Shown here: in pieces, positions 44,623 to 57,458 of the stretch
How the letters are laid out: each line of letters begins with the position of its first letter
Position numbering within the stretch: the stretch's first letter is position 1
Origin: Opitutaceae bacterium
GTDB lineage: Bacteria; Verrucomicrobiota; Verrucomicrobiia; Opitutales; Coraliomargaritaceae
NCBI GenBank assembly: GCA_051252375.1
Contig: JBPOFY010000003.1
Coordinates: 96,001-160,000, forward strand
DNA: 64,000 bases
Direction: 5' to 3'
Notes under the pieces: generated by a model
Database searches by the model: none
What the model was told of the DNA's origin: nothing
The model's input: the letters and a program-made list of their open reading frames with translations, nothing else
Translations under genes and position numbers: made by a program

Positions 44623-45285
44623 CTAGCGCTTGCAAACCGTCTTGATGAACTCTGCACGGTCGGCTGCTTTATAGAAAGCAGTGCCGGCTACGAGAGTGTC
44701 GGCGCCGCGTTCGGTGCATTTTCCTGCGGTATTGAGGTCGACGCCACCATCGATCTCGAGGCGGAAGTTCAAACCCATTTCACTGCGCCATTTTGAAATC
44801 GTCTCGATTTTGGGTAGCACGTCTTCGCGAAAGCTTTGACCGCCGAAACCTGGTTGCACAGTCATTAGGAGCACCATGTCGCAGTCCTTTAGGAATGGCT
44901 TTGCATCTTCGGCGGGTGTGTCGGGGTTGAGCACGACGCCGCATTTACAGCCACGGCTTTTGATATAAGCAAGTGTCTCTGCTACGGGGTAGTCGGGCTC
45001 AACGTGGATGGTGATTTGTTCAGAACCCGCGTCTAAGAAGGCGTCGATATACTCGTGCGGATTATCGAGCATGAGGTGCACATCGAAAAACAAATCTGAG
45101 TAGCCACGCAGCGCTTTGACGGTTTGAGGACCAAAGGATAGATTGGGCACGAAATGCCCGTCCATGATGTCGAGATGCACCCACTTGAGGCCTGCAGCGG
45201 CGATTTCTTGGATGCTGGTTTTGAGGTCTGCGTGATCGCCCGCCAGAATGGAGGGGGCAAGGATGATGTCGTGCGTGCTTGGCAT
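44623..45285 (-). CDS. rpe: Ribulose-phosphate 3-epimerase
   Basis: APSIL, HLDIMDGHFVPN, DVHLM, MTVQPGFGGQ, EIDGG. Confidence 0.97.
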   Translation of the reverse strand: MPSTHDIILAPSILAGDHADLKTSIQEIAAAGLKWVHLDIMDGHFVPNLSFGPQTVKALRGYSDLFFDVHLMLDNPHEYIDAFLDAGSEQITIHVEPDYPVAETLAYIKSRGCKCGVVLNPDTPAEDAKPFLKDCDMVLLMTVQPGFGGQSFREDVLPKIETISKWRSEMGLNFRLEIDGGVDLNTAGKCTERGADTLVAGTAFYKAADRAEFIKTVCKR

Positions 45286-45313
45286 GTCTGAGTGGTTTGT
45301 AGTCGGTTTAAAT

Positions 45314-45994
45314 TTAGTAAGTATCCAGTATTTCCGGGTAAATTTGACCCGTAGGGCTGATTTTGAAAAGAGTGATTTGCTTGGGTTGTATCCGGCAGTA
45401 GATCGCGTTGCCGAAGACGGCTTTGAGACCGTATTGACTGAGTTGCTCGGGGTTGTTCGCCAGGTCCCAAATGGCTTCCCAGAAGAGATCGCTGTCTTTC
45501 ATTCGCAGTGTTTTTGTGATCGAGTGGTAGCGTTCGGGCGCAGTTCCCGGTATTTCGATTTGCTCACCACTGGCTGGGCTGTTGGCTTCGCCATAAATTC
45601 GTCGCCACAAATACAGGGACCGTCCTTTGCCGTCTTTGACGTATTCATCGGTGAACTTCACGATCAGAGCATCAAAGTGAATGACATCACCTGTAATCGT
45701 AAATAATTGCTCGGAGACGATCTCTTTGGGCTTTCCGGCTGCGGTCTGGACGAAGCGTATGGTGCTTTGCAGCTGCCCAGAGCCGTCGATTTTCTGTGAT
45801 TGTAGGGTGGCGTAGCCGATTTGCTCTTCGGCAGTGAGATTTTTGATGGCTTTGTTGAGCTCGTGGTTCTCGGTCAGCAGAGAGTGGATGCTGGAGCTGG
45901 ATAGGTAGAAAGAAACGCCTAGAATACTCGCTGTAACCAGCGCTGCGAGCGCGACGAGTTTGCCGACAATTTTACCCTCTTTGTTGTGATCCAT
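45314..45994 (-). CDS. Hypothetical membrane-anchored protein
   Basis: 226 aa; N-terminal TM, short coiled coil, beta-rich domain. Confidence 0.75.
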   Translation of the reverse strand: MDHNKEGKIVGKLVALAALVTASILGVSFYLSSSSIHSLLTENHELNKAIKNLTAEEQIGYATLQSQKIDGSGQLQSTIRFVQTAAGKPKEIVSEQLFTITGDVIHFDALIVKFTDEYVKDGKGRSLYLWRRIYGEANSPASGEQIEIPGTAPERYHSITKTLRMKDSDLFWEAIWDLANNPEQLSQYGLKAVFGNAIYCRIQPKQITLFKISPTGQIYPEILDTY

Positions 45995-46073
45995 AGTATT
46001 TCCAACAAAGTGATGGATAAATACTGGAAATACAATTGAGATTCTCCGACAACTGCGAAACCTTTGCTATTAC

Positions 46074-47303
46074 ATGACCGCACCAGCATTTGATGCCGCC
46101 CGAGCACGGGCCGATTTCCCAATTCTCGCCACTGAGGTGCGAGGAAAGCCTTTGACGTATCTGGACAACGCAGCGACTGGCCAAAAGCCGCAGGTTGTGA
46201 TTGATGCGGTCGAGCGCTATTATCGTGCAGAAAACTCGAACATTCACCGCGGGGTTCACTATTTGAGTGAGCAAGCGACGGATGCTTATGAAGCAGCACG
46301 CGCCAAGGTCGCTCAATTTATCGGAATCGCCGATCAGGATGAGATCATTTTCACCCGTGGCACAACTGAGAGCATCAATCTCTTGGCACATGGTTTCATT
46401 GAAACAGTTTTTCAGGCGGGGGATGAGATTCTTATCAGCCACATGGAGCACCATGCCAATATTGTGCCTTGGCAAATTGCTGCCGAGAAGACGGGAGCGA
46501 TTTTAAAGGTGGTGCCTGTTGATGATCACGGGGTCTTGGACATGGCTGCCTTTGAGCAGATGCTGTCGGCTAAGACAAAACTCGTGGCGATCACGCATAT
46601 TTCTAATGCGCTTGGCACTATCAACCCTGTTGAGGAGATCGTTGAGAAGGCGCACGCACTCGATGTGCCGGTGCTAATAGACGGAGCGCAATCGACGCCG
46701 CACATGACCGTCGATGTGGCAGCTCTAGGTTGCGACTTTTTTGTTTTTTCTGGACACAAGGTATTTGGTCCGACTGGTATCGGTGTGCTCTGGGGTAAGC
46801 GCGAATGGTTGGAGCGTTTCCCTCCTTATCAGAGTGGGGGCGACATGATCGAGAAGGTCGATTTTGATGGCACCACTTATAAGGGCATTCCTGGTAAGTT
46901 TGAAGCCGGCACACCACATATTGAAGGAGTGATCGGTCTAGCTGTGGCGATTGATTATTTGATGGGCTTGGATCGCAAAGGCGCATTGCTCCATGAAGCA
47001 GCCTTGTTGAAGGCCGCGACTGAGCAACTGACTGCAATTGACGGGCTTCGTATTATCGGCACATCACCGCACAAGGCTTCAGTGATTTCTTTTTTGATCA
47101 ACGACATACACCCACACGATATCGGCACTTTCCTCGATGCGGATGGTGTGGCGATACGTGCGGGGCATCATTGCACGCAGCCTTTGTTGAAGCGATTCGG
47201 TGTGCCAGCGACGGCCCGCGCATCTTTTGCATTCTATAATGACTTTGAAGATGTGGATCGCTTGGTGAACGCGGTGCAGAAAATGCAAAAGTTCTTTGGT
47301 TGA
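46074..47303 (+). CDS. sufS: SufS-type cysteine desulfurase
   Basis: [21 protein letters not shown] (PLP Lys), FEAGTP, RAGHHC. Confidence 0.96.
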   Translation: MTAPAFDAARARADFPILATEVRGKPLTYLDNAATGQKPQVVIDAVERYYRAENSNIHRGVHYLSEQATDAYEAARAKVAQFIGIADQDEIIFTRGTTESINLLAHGFIETVFQAGDEILISHMEHHANIVPWQIAAEKTGAILKVVPVDDHGVLDMAAFEQMLSAKTKLVAITHISNALGTINPVEEIVEKAHALDVPVLIDGAQSTPHMTVDVAALGCDFFVFSGHKVFGPTGIGVLWGKREWLERFPPYQSGGDMIEKVDFDGTTYKGIPGKFEAGTPHIEGVIGLAVAIDYLMGLDRKGALLHEAALLKAATEQLTAIDGLRIIGTSPHKASVISFLINDIHPHDIGTFLDADGVAIRAGHHCTQPLLKRFGVPATARASFAFYNDFEDVDRLVNAVQKMQKFFG

Positions 47304-47743
47304 TGAGCGACGAACTCCACGATCTCTATCAGAGCATCATTCTCGATCATAATAAACGACCGAGGCATTACGGTGCATTGGAAGCTTCCACGCACACAGC
47401 TGAGGGGTATAATCCGCTTTGCGGCGATAAGATCAACGTCCACCTTATTCTAAAAGATAAGAAGATTGAGAGTATTCAGTTTGAGGCTGCTTGCTGTGCG
47501 ATTTGCAAGGCGTCGGCTTCGATGATGACAGAGGCGCTGCTTGGACAGACGATCGAAAATAGCCAGCACGCGCATGCGCGTGTCAGTGAGTTGCTAAATG
47601 CCGATACGGACACATCTGCTGATATTTCTGAAGAGGGTGAACTCGCCGCGCTGGCGGGAGTCAAAAAGTTTCCAGCTCGGATAAAATGCGCTACCTTGCC
47701 ATGGCATACCTTTGAGTCGGCATTGAAGAACCCCGTCGGGTAA
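47303..47743 (+). CDS. sufU: SufU/NifU-like Fe-S assembly protein
   Basis: [32 protein letters not shown] overlap with sufS. Confidence 0.92.
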   Translation: MSDELHDLYQSIILDHNKRPRHYGALEASTHTAEGYNPLCGDKINVHLILKDKKIESIQFEAACCAICKASASMMTEALLGQTIENSQHAHARVSELLNADTDTSADISEEGELAALAGVKKFPARIKCATLPWHTFESALKNPVG

Positions 47744-47793
47744 ATGGTCACTTACGCTTGCGCTGAAGCCGGACAACGCGAATAGATAGCTGC

Positions 47794-48594
47794 ATGAAAT
47801 TACTGGATAGAATGGAAAAGCGCTTTGGGCATTTAGCCGTGCCGAACATTGCGCTGTATTTGATTGTCATTCAACTGGTGATATATGCGGCAATTTTGTT
47901 CGGGCGTCTCGATTATTTTGGCCTACAGCTAGTGCCTGCTGCAGTTTTACAAGGGGAATACTGGCGTTTAATCTCATTTATCATTTCACCGCCGTATCTT
48001 GCTGGCACCGTTTGGCAATCGATCTTTTTGGCGTTTTTCTGGTATATATTTTGGATGATGAGCAGCTCTTTGGAGAGTGCTTGGGGCGCATTTCGTTTTA
48101 ATTTATATTTGCTGATGGGAGTGATCTTCTCGGTCACCTGTGCGTTTCTGGGACATGTCATTTCGCCGAATCCAGTGATTCTCGTTACGCCGATGTATTT
48201 ATATCTGAGTGTCTTTTTCGCGTTCGCGACCTTGTTCCCGAATGTTGAATTTTTGATATATTTCGTTCTGCCGGTGAAAGTGAAATGGTTGGCTTGGTTT
48301 GCTGCTGCGGCACTGGCGGTCTCATTTTTGGCTGCGCCTTCGATGGGCTATCGTCTGGCGATCCTCGGACCAGTGCTGAATTATTTGTTCTTCTTCCGTG
48401 ATGCGATGACGCACTCAGTGAAGAGTCGTCAGCGACACGTGAAGTATGAGAAAACCAAGCGGGTGGAAGCTAGCACGGCGCTACACACTTGTAGCCAATG
48501 CGGTGCGAGCGAGCAGACAGACCCCGGACGTGATTTTCGTTATAAGATGGTCGATGGTGACGCGGTTTGTATCTGCAACAAGTGTCGCGAGTAG
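47794..48594 (+). CDS. Rhomboid-superfamily membrane protein with C-terminal Cys motif
   Basis: GEYWRL motif, about 6 TM, LESAWG; C-terminal CxxC...CxCxxC. Confidence 0.75.
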   Translation: MKLLDRMEKRFGHLAVPNIALYLIVIQLVIYAAILFGRLDYFGLQLVPAAVLQGEYWRLISFIISPPYLAGTVWQSIFLAFFWYIFWMMSSSLESAWGAFRFNLYLLMGVIFSVTCAFLGHVISPNPVILVTPMYLYLSVFFAFATLFPNVEFLIYFVLPVKVKWLAWFAAAALAVSFLAAPSMGYRLAILGPVLNYLFFFRDAMTHSVKSRQRHVKYEKTKRVEASTALHTCSQCGASEQTDPGRDFRYKMVDGDAVCICNKCRE

Positions 48595-48605
48595 GGCTAT
48601 ACAAT

Positions 48606-48630
48606 AAAACCCCGATCTTTCGATCGAGGT
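48606..48630 (-). terminator. Probable intrinsic terminator (lpdA)
   Basis: AAAACCCCGATC-TTTC-GATCGAGGT. Confidence 0.6.
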
Positions 48631-48676
48631 CTCATGTTTGTGGCTTCCGCTGTTATGCGAAAGAAAGTTGCCTGAC

Positions 48677-50083
48677 TTAAGCGCTATGGATCGAGTTGCC
48701 GTCTACCGCCATGGCGGCTTCTTTGAGGGCTTCGCTCATTGTCGGGTGCGCATGGATGGTGCGAGCAACGTCTTCTGCACTGCCGCCGTATTCCATGTGT
48801 GTGACTGCTGCAGCGATGAGCTCTGACGCTCCTTTGCCGATGATTTGCACACCGAGAAGTTTGTCGGTGGCTTTATCGGCGATGACTTTAACAAAGCCGT
48901 CAGTTCCGTCGGACGCGATGGCGCGGCCATTACCTGCAAAGTTGAATTTCCCTGATTTGATCGCGATGCCTTGTTCCTTGGCTTGCGCTTCTGTGATGCC
49001 GACACTAGAGATTTCAGGCTCGGTGTAGATGACGTTGGGAATGACGTCGTAGTTGACGTGTCCAGCTTGACCGGCGATGCGCTCGACGCAGGCGACAGCT
49101 TCTTCTTCAGCTTTGTGAGCGAGCATGGGACCAGGGATGACATCACCAATGGCGTAGACGCCATCGGCGGTTGTTTTGTAGTGCGCGTCGACTGGGATGC
49201 GACCCTTGTCGTCTGTAGTGATGCCGACAGTTTCTAGACCTAGACCTTCTGTGTAGGGCTTGCGACCGACTGCAACGAGAACCTTGTCGACTTCGAACTC
49301 AATGGTTTTGTCGCCCTTTTCAGCAGTGAGGATGTGGGTGCCCTTTGACTTCTTAATACCCGTAACCTTTGTTTGCAGGTGAAAGTTCAGACCTTGCTTC
49401 TTAAATAAGCGCTCCGCCATTTTTGAAACATCTTTGTCGAAAGTCGGGGCAATTACTGGAAGGAATTCGATGACGTCCACTTGTGCGCCCAAACGTGCCC
49501 AGACCGATCCGAGCTCGAGGCCAATGGCTCCGGCGCCGACAACGGCGAGCTTTGCTGGCACCTTGTCGAAGGCGATAGCTTGGTCGCTACTGACGACTGT
49601 CTTGCCGTCAAATTTAAGAAAAGGTAGCTCGATAGTCGATGAGCCGGTGGCGAGGATGATGTGCTTACCTTCGATCGCTAGATCCTTGCCGGTTGCTCGG
49701 ATGCGCACTTTAGACTGACCTTCCAAAGAGCCGAGTCCGCTGAAGACCTTGATTTTGTTGACCTTCATCAGATGCTTCACGCCGTTGCGTAACTGGTCGA
49801 CGGTTTTGCTCTTTTTCGCCATCAATTTCTCGATACTGATCGAGAGATTTGTCAGATCGATTCCGTGCTCTGTCGCACCGTGTCCTGCAAAATGATACAT
49901 CTCGGTTGAGTGTAGTAGTGCTTTGCTGGGGATACAGCCGACATTCAAACAAGTGCCGCCGAGGTTGTCCTCCTTCTCGATGATGGCCGTTTTGAGGCCG
50001 AGTTGAGCGCCACGAATCGCAGCTACATAACCGCCGGGGCCGGAGCCGATGACGACGAGATCAAATTGTGTTTCTTCTGACAT
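48677..50083 (-). CDS. lpdA: Dihydrolipoyl dehydrogenase (E3)
   Basis: [34 protein letters not shown]. Confidence 0.97.
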   Translation of the reverse strand: MSEETQFDLVVIGSGPGGYVAAIRGAQLGLKTAIIEKEDNLGGTCLNVGCIPSKALLHSTEMYHFAGHGATEHGIDLTNLSISIEKLMAKKSKTVDQLRNGVKHLMKVNKIKVFSGLGSLEGQSKVRIRATGKDLAIEGKHIILATGSSTIELPFLKFDGKTVVSSDQAIAFDKVPAKLAVVGAGAIGLELGSVWARLGAQVDVIEFLPVIAPTFDKDVSKMAERLFKKQGLNFHLQTKVTGIKKSKGTHILTAEKGDKTIEFEVDKVLVAVGRKPYTEGLGLETVGITTDDKGRIPVDAHYKTTADGVYAIGDVIPGPMLAHKAEEEAVACVERIAGQAGHVNYDVIPNVIYTEPEISSVGITEAQAKEQGIAIKSGKFNFAGNGRAIASDGTDGFVKVIADKATDKLLGVQIIGKGASELIAAAVTHMEYGGSAEDVARTIHAHPTMSEALKEAAMAVDGNSIHSA

Positions 50084-50093
50084 TTTTAGAAAT

Positions 50094-50121
50094 GGCTAAT
50101 AGCTAATGATTGATGGCTAAT
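50094..50121. repeat. Heptamer tandem repeat (RGCTAAT-like)
   Basis: GGCTAAT AGCTAAT GATTGAT GGCTAAT in the sucB-lpdA spacer. Confidence 0.7.
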
Positions 50122-50125
50122 GAAT

Positions 50126-51361
50126 TTAGATGCCAAATAAAAGTCGGCTTGGATCCTCGATGGCTTCCTTAACTTTGACGAGGAAGGTGACGGCTTCTTT
50201 GCCGTCGATCAGGCGATGGTCATAACTGAGTGCGAGATACATCATCGGACGAATGACGATTTCTTTGTTCACGACGACAGCGCGCTCAGTGATGTTGTGC
50301 AGACCGAGGATCGCAGGCTGCGGATAGTTGATGATCGGGGTGCTGAGCATGGAGCCGTAGATGCCACCGTTGGAAATGGTGAAGACGCCGCCTTCGAGAT
50401 CGCTCATTTGGATCTTACCGTCACGCGCGAGTTTGGCGTAGGCGAGAATGTCGTTTTCGATTTCTGCAAAGCCCTTCTTGTCGCAGTCACGTAGGGTAGG
50501 AACCATGAGTCCCTTATCGGTGCCAACAGCGACGCCAATGTCGTAGAAGTGTTGTGTGACGATTTCGTTGCCTTCGATACGAGCATTGACTTGTGGCACA
50601 GCTTGCAGGGCGTGTGTCACGGCCTTGGTGAAGAAAGACATGAAGCCCAGCTTGATGCCGTGGCGCTCGACGAATTTCTCTTGGTGCTGCTTGCGCAATT
50701 CCATGACCGCACTCATGTCGACTTCGTTGAAGGTTGTGAGCATGGCGGCTTCTTGAGTCGCTTGAACGAGGCGTTCTGCAATCTTGCGACGCAGTGGGCT
50801 CATCTTCTTGCGAGTCTCACGCTCTGCGGTGCTGGATGTTGTCTGCGGCTTAGGTGCAGCAGGCGTTGCAGCTACGGGTGCATTGGCGGCTTCTAAAATA
50901 TCGTTCTTGGTGACGCGACCATCTTTGCCAGTTCCCGCGACTGCGCTTGGATTGACACCAGTTTCTTCGGCAGCTTTGCGTGCGGCAGGGGAGAGTGTAG
51001 CGACTGGGTCGACTTTAGCTGCAGCAGGTGTAGCGGTTGCGGCTACTGGAGCGGCGGTTGCTGATTCAGCTGGCTTCTCGCTTCCCGCGGCTGGTGCGCT
51101 TGTTTCGCCGCCAGCTGGAGCGCTAGCAGATTCATCGATCATGGCGACGACTTGGCCGATATCGACTTCTTCATCGGCTGCGACTTTGATCGAGATGACG
51201 CCTGCCACTTCTGCATTGCCCTCGGAGGTGATCTTGTCGGTCTCGAGCTCGTAGAGCGGCTGGTCTTTTGCGACATAGTCGCCGTCTTTCACATGCCAAG
51301 CGGCAAGGATGCCACTGCTAATGGATTCGCCCATTGCGGGAATTTTTACTTCGGTAGCCAT
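50126..51361 (-). CDS. sucB: 2-oxoglutarate dehydrogenase E2 (dihydrolipoamide succinyltransferase)
   Basis: ETDK lipoyl motif, Ala/Pro linker, [19 protein letters not shown]. Confidence 0.97.
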   Translation of the reverse strand: MATEVKIPAMGESISSGILAAWHVKDGDYVAKDQPLYELETDKITSEGNAEVAGVISIKVAADEEVDIGQVVAMIDESASAPAGGETSAPAAGSEKPAESATAAPVAATATPAAAKVDPVATLSPAARKAAEETGVNPSAVAGTGKDGRVTKNDILEAANAPVAATPAAPKPQTTSSTAERETRKKMSPLRRKIAERLVQATQEAAMLTTFNEVDMSAVMELRKQHQEKFVERHGIKLGFMSFFTKAVTHALQAVPQVNARIEGNEIVTQHFYDIGVAVGTDKGLMVPTLRDCDKKGFAEIENDILAYAKLARDGKIQMSDLEGGVFTISNGGIYGSMLSTPIINYPQPAILGLHNITERAVVVNKEIVIRPMMYLALSYDHRLIDGKEAVTFLVKVKEAIEDPSRLLFGI

Positions 51362-51412
51362 TGTTTGAAATTTTGGAATTAAGATTTGGTAATGAAGATG
51401 AAGAGGGCGCGC

Positions 51413-54145
<2,733 letters not shown>

Positions 54146-54303
54146 TTTGGTATGGATTGGCGTATAAGAAGTGGTGGAAGGTGCATACTTTCTATTAGTG
54201 TTACAAATCTAATAGCTAAATTTTTAGGGTTATTCGTAATGCTAATATTAGGAGTTGTAAGTAAGGGCTTGCCGTGGCTGAAGGGCTGATTTGAGTAGGG
54301 GCA

Positions 54304-54516
54304 ATGGAACGACAACAGCTACGTAATGACCTTGAATGCATCGTGCAGAAACGAGAGGTCGCCGAAGGTGAAAGCATGGTGGACATCTTGAAGCGCTTGG
54401 ATGCGGTTGCAAAAGAGCCATCATTACCTAAGAAATTAGAGCACTATTTGTCTAAGAGGAGTTATCTCAAGGCGCTTGAGTGGCTGGATCATCCCGAAAC
54501 CCCACATTATCAATGA
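54304..54516 (+). CDS. Small hypothetical helical protein
   Basis: 70 aa; ATGA overlap with the SUI1 gene; LEHYLSKRSYLKAL. Confidence 0.7.
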   Translation: MERQQLRNDLECIVQKREVAEGESMVDILKRLDAVAKEPSLPKKLEHYLSKRSYLKALEWLDHPETPHYQ

Positions 54517-54908
54517 GCCGCCGTGATCGATCAAAAATCGCCACAGATGGCGCGGGTGCTGATTTGGGAAATAACCCATTCGGAGGCTTGAATCTGTCCG
54601 GATTGCCTGAGGCACCTAAGACGGAAGCGTCGGCTCCGCGTGTGGCAAAAAAAACTAAGCCGAAAGGGCGCGTCGAGGTGCGTCGCGAAAAAGCAGGGCG
54701 AGGAGGCAAAACGGTGACCACTTTACGCGAGTTTCCGACACATGTGCCACTCAGTGAATTAGGGGCACTCACTTTTGACCTGAAGAAAAGCTGTGCCTGT
54801 GGTGGCACTTTGAAGGGACGCGTGGTCGAGTTGCAAGGTGATGTGCGTGACCGAGCGTTTGCCGAATTAGAGAAACGCGGGTTTCAGCCTGTGCGCGCAG
54901 GTGGCTAG
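54513..54908 (+). CDS. yciH: Translation initiation factor SUI1/YciH family
   Basis: RREKAGRGGKTVT, LKKSCACGG, ELQGD. Confidence 0.9.
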   Translation: MSRRDRSKIATDGAGADLGNNPFGGLNLSGLPEAPKTEASAPRVAKKTKPKGRVEVRREKAGRGGKTVTTLREFPTHVPLSELGALTFDLKKSCACGGTLKGRVVELQGDVRDRAFAELEKRGFQPVRAGG

Positions 54909-54946
54909 AATGGTGGGGAGAACTCGTATCCCGAATCCCGTCTCTC

Positions 54947-55444
54947 CTAAATAATCGGTTCGCTGAGCGCCGAGTCTTCAGACACCCAAACCACGGTCCA
55001 GCCGGAGGTTTCGTCAACGTAGATGACGGGGGATGCATTCTCAATGGTCGTTTCGATCAGCTCGATTGGCTCCTGTTGTGCGACCTCAAGTGGTCCGCTA
55101 GCACCGGGGCGATTCATGTAAGCGGCAAAGAATAAACCGACCACGAGCATGGCTGCGAGTCCACCGACCCACACGGGAAAGGTTATGGTCTTAGCGGACG
55201 CGGGCCGTTCGTCTATTGCGTCCGAATTGGATTCGAGTTTGTCGGCGAGTGATTGCCACTCTTGATCGATGTCCGGAGTCGGGGGGGCACTTGCCGCGAG
55301 GGCTTCTCGTGTGGCTTCGATTTGTGCGCTATATTGTGCCGCTTCCTTATCGTAGCGCAGCAGAGTTTCTACAGCTTGGACCTCTTCGGCGGAGAGTTCT
55401 CCGTCGAGATAGGCTTCAATCTGTATTTTGTCTGCGGCATTCAT
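54947..55444 (-). CDS. Anti-sigma-factor-like single-pass membrane protein
   Basis: AYLDGELS N-terminal anti-sigma signature, central TM, short C-terminal domain. Confidence 0.75.
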   Translation of the reverse strand: MNAADKIQIEAYLDGELSAEEVQAVETLLRYDKEAAQYSAQIEATREALAASAPPTPDIDQEWQSLADKLESNSDAIDERPASAKTITFPVWVGGLAAMLVVGLFFAAYMNRPGASGPLEVAQQEPIELIETTIENASPVIYVDETSGWTVVWVSEDSALSEPII

Positions 55445-55463
55445 TTGAAGTAATCTGGCATTA

Positions 55464-55492
55464 ACAGGACGAGTCGTCGAGACTCGTCCTGT
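55464..55492. other. Perfect 12-bp hairpin without U-tract
   Basis: ACAGGACGAGTC-GTCGA-GACTCGTCCTGT. Confidence 0.7.
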
Positions 55493-55515
55493 GCCATGGC
55501 GTGTTTTTGGATATC

Positions 55516-55971
55516 TTAGTGGCGACCGCGAGAGGCATATTGACTATGCCTGTTGCGATCCGTTCCGGTGGACACCCAGATACGCTTTTCGACATGCGTA
55601 TAGTAGCCCGGTTCCCAGTATTTGATGCGTGAGCCGCAGCGATCATAGCGCACGAGCCAGCAACCGGGGACCCATTCTTTAACGTGAATCGTTTTGTAGT
55701 ATCCACGAGGTTCGGCTCGGTGATGACTACAATTACGGTCACAGCGATGCTGTTTGTGCCCATGTTGATAGCTCGGCGGCGCACAGTGACTACTCGAATA
55801 CGAGCTATGTGAGCTTTGGTGGCTTTTGTGGTTGTTATACACGTTGGAGGCGATGACGCCGCCAACAAATCCGCCGATAGCAGCGATTGCTTCGTCGCCG
55901 GCGGATGCTTTTCCTGTGCTCAATGCGAGGCAAAGGACAGGTATGATCAGTATTTTTATGGTCGTTTTCAT
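55516..55971 (-). CDS. Secreted His/Ser-rich protein with WxPG repeats
   Basis: Signal peptide (ASA cleavage), Gly-zipper-like helix, His-rich tract, WVPGCW and YWEPGYY. Confidence 0.75.
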   Translation of the reverse strand: MKTTIKILIIPVLCLALSTGKASAGDEAIAAIGGFVGGVIASNVYNNHKSHQSSHSSYSSSHCAPPSYQHGHKQHRCDRNCSHHRAEPRGYYKTIHVKEWVPGCWLVRYDRCGSRIKYWEPGYYTHVEKRIWVSTGTDRNRHSQYASRGRH

Positions 55972-56102
55972 GATTGGATTTGTTTGATTTCCAATGGTTG
56001 AACGACTCATTCACCCGTTTTATTCATTATTTTTTCATTTTGTTGTGCGGAGAACATGAAAACTAAGTTGCCAGCAGTCTTTAATCTAATAAATTAGATA
56101 TC

Positions 56103-56555
56103 ATGTCCCTCAATAAAGTATCTGTAACTGCCATTACCTCAGAGAAAGCCTCAACGCTCTACACTATACCTGTAAATTCGACCGTGGAGGCTGCTGTCTC
56201 CGAAATGAATCGGCAGAGAATCGGCTCGGTGGTTGTGAAGGATGATCAGCGCTGTGTCGGTATCTTCACTGAACGTGACGTTTTGACCCGTGTCGTTTCA
56301 GGTGGTCGCGATCCGAAAAACACCCCGATTAGTGAGGTCATGACCCGAGATTTTCAGTTTATTTCTACTGATACATCCGTTGAAGATGCCATGCAGATAA
56401 TGACGGATAAGCGCGTTCGTCACCTGCCGATCATGGAGGATGACCGTTTAGTGGGAATGATTTCCATCGGTGACGTCACGCGTTGGCTGTTGAAGGTAAA
56501 TGAACTAGAGGCTGAAAATTTGCGTAGGTATGTCTTCTCTGAGTATCCAGGCTGA
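56103..56555 (+). CDS. CBS-pair protein
   Basis: GIFTERD, VRHLP, GMISIGD. Confidence 0.92.
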   Translation: MSLNKVSVTAITSEKASTLYTIPVNSTVEAAVSEMNRQRIGSVVVKDDQRCVGIFTERDVLTRVVSGGRDPKNTPISEVMTRDFQFISTDTSVEDAMQIMTDKRVRHLPIMEDDRLVGMISIGDVTRWLLKVNELEAENLRRYVFSEYPG

Positions 56556-56599
56556 GTTATCTCAGTTGAAAGTGTTACTAGCTGATTGCATAACCATTG

Positions 56600-57385
56600 A
56601 TGAAAACTGTTAAAATTCCAGCCGGACGCCTTGTTTTTGCAAAAGGCGATGATGGCGATGATGCCTATCGGGTTATTGAAGGCACCGTTGAAATTTTCAT
56701 TGGTAATGATAAGAGCAAAGTGGTTTTAGCGCAGCTGCGCCCTGGGGAGGTCTTCGGTGAAATGGGCATGATCGATTGTCGACCACGTTCAGCGTCTGCC
56801 CGTGCCATTGGTGATATTACTTTGGAGGTAATCTCTCGCGATAATTTTAATGATAGCCTACTGGGCAGCGGAACGGATCTGATGCCTTACTTGAGTGCTA
56901 TCTTTGAGCGCTTACGGGTAACCAACGAACGACTCCATGATGCGCTCCTCGAGTTAAAAGGCGATTCCGCTTCGGTGGATGCCGAGCAAATTTTGCAAGA
57001 ACAGGTGGGGCCGAAATTGAGGTTGATGCCGGATTCCGAAGAAATGCGCGGACAGTCGGCACTGCAAGAACGAGAACTCGATGCATTCCCATTCTTAATC
57101 GGACGGCGTGGGGATATTGCTGGAACAGAAGTTGTTATGAAAAATCAGGTCTTGATTGCTGATCGTTTGCCATTTCGTGTTTCGCGTAATCATTGCTATA
57201 TCGAACGGTATCGGGATGGATTTGTTGTGCGTGATCGAAGCAGCCGACGTGGCACATTGGTCAATGGTGTATTGATCGGTTCTAAGTCACGTGAAAAGAG
57301 CCTGCGCTTAAAAGAAGGGGTTAATTCTCTGGTCATTGGCGGTTCAGATAGTGCCTGTCGATTTAAACTAATCGTTTCTAGTTAG
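56600..57385 (+). CDS. Cyclic-nucleotide-binding / FHA domain protein
   Basis: FGEMG...PRSASA cNMP cassette; IGR...VSRNH...GTLVNG FHA motifs. Confidence 0.88.
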   Translation: MKTVKIPAGRLVFAKGDDGDDAYRVIEGTVEIFIGNDKSKVVLAQLRPGEVFGEMGMIDCRPRSASARAIGDITLEVISRDNFNDSLLGSGTDLMPYLSAIFERLRVTNERLHDALLELKGDSASVDAEQILQEQVGPKLRLMPDSEEMRGQSALQERELDAFPFLIGRRGDIAGTEVVMKNQVLIADRLPFRVSRNHCYIERYRDGFVVRDRSSRRGTLVNGVLIGSKSREKSLRLKEGVNSLVIGGSDSACRFKLIVSS

Positions 57386-57458
57386 GTATAATTGCAAAAA
57401 GATGAGTAAAAGTTAAACGGTGGCTTGAATTGGCACGAACTTCGCTATAATTTGACGG

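Noticed and set aside
51365..51405. Possible further heptamer array between sucA and sucB
   Set aside because: Periodicity too weak to separate from AT-rich background
55461..55868. 135-aa alternative-frame ORF
   Set aside because: Overlaps the signal-peptide-bearing ORF 55516-55971, which has the more protein-like features
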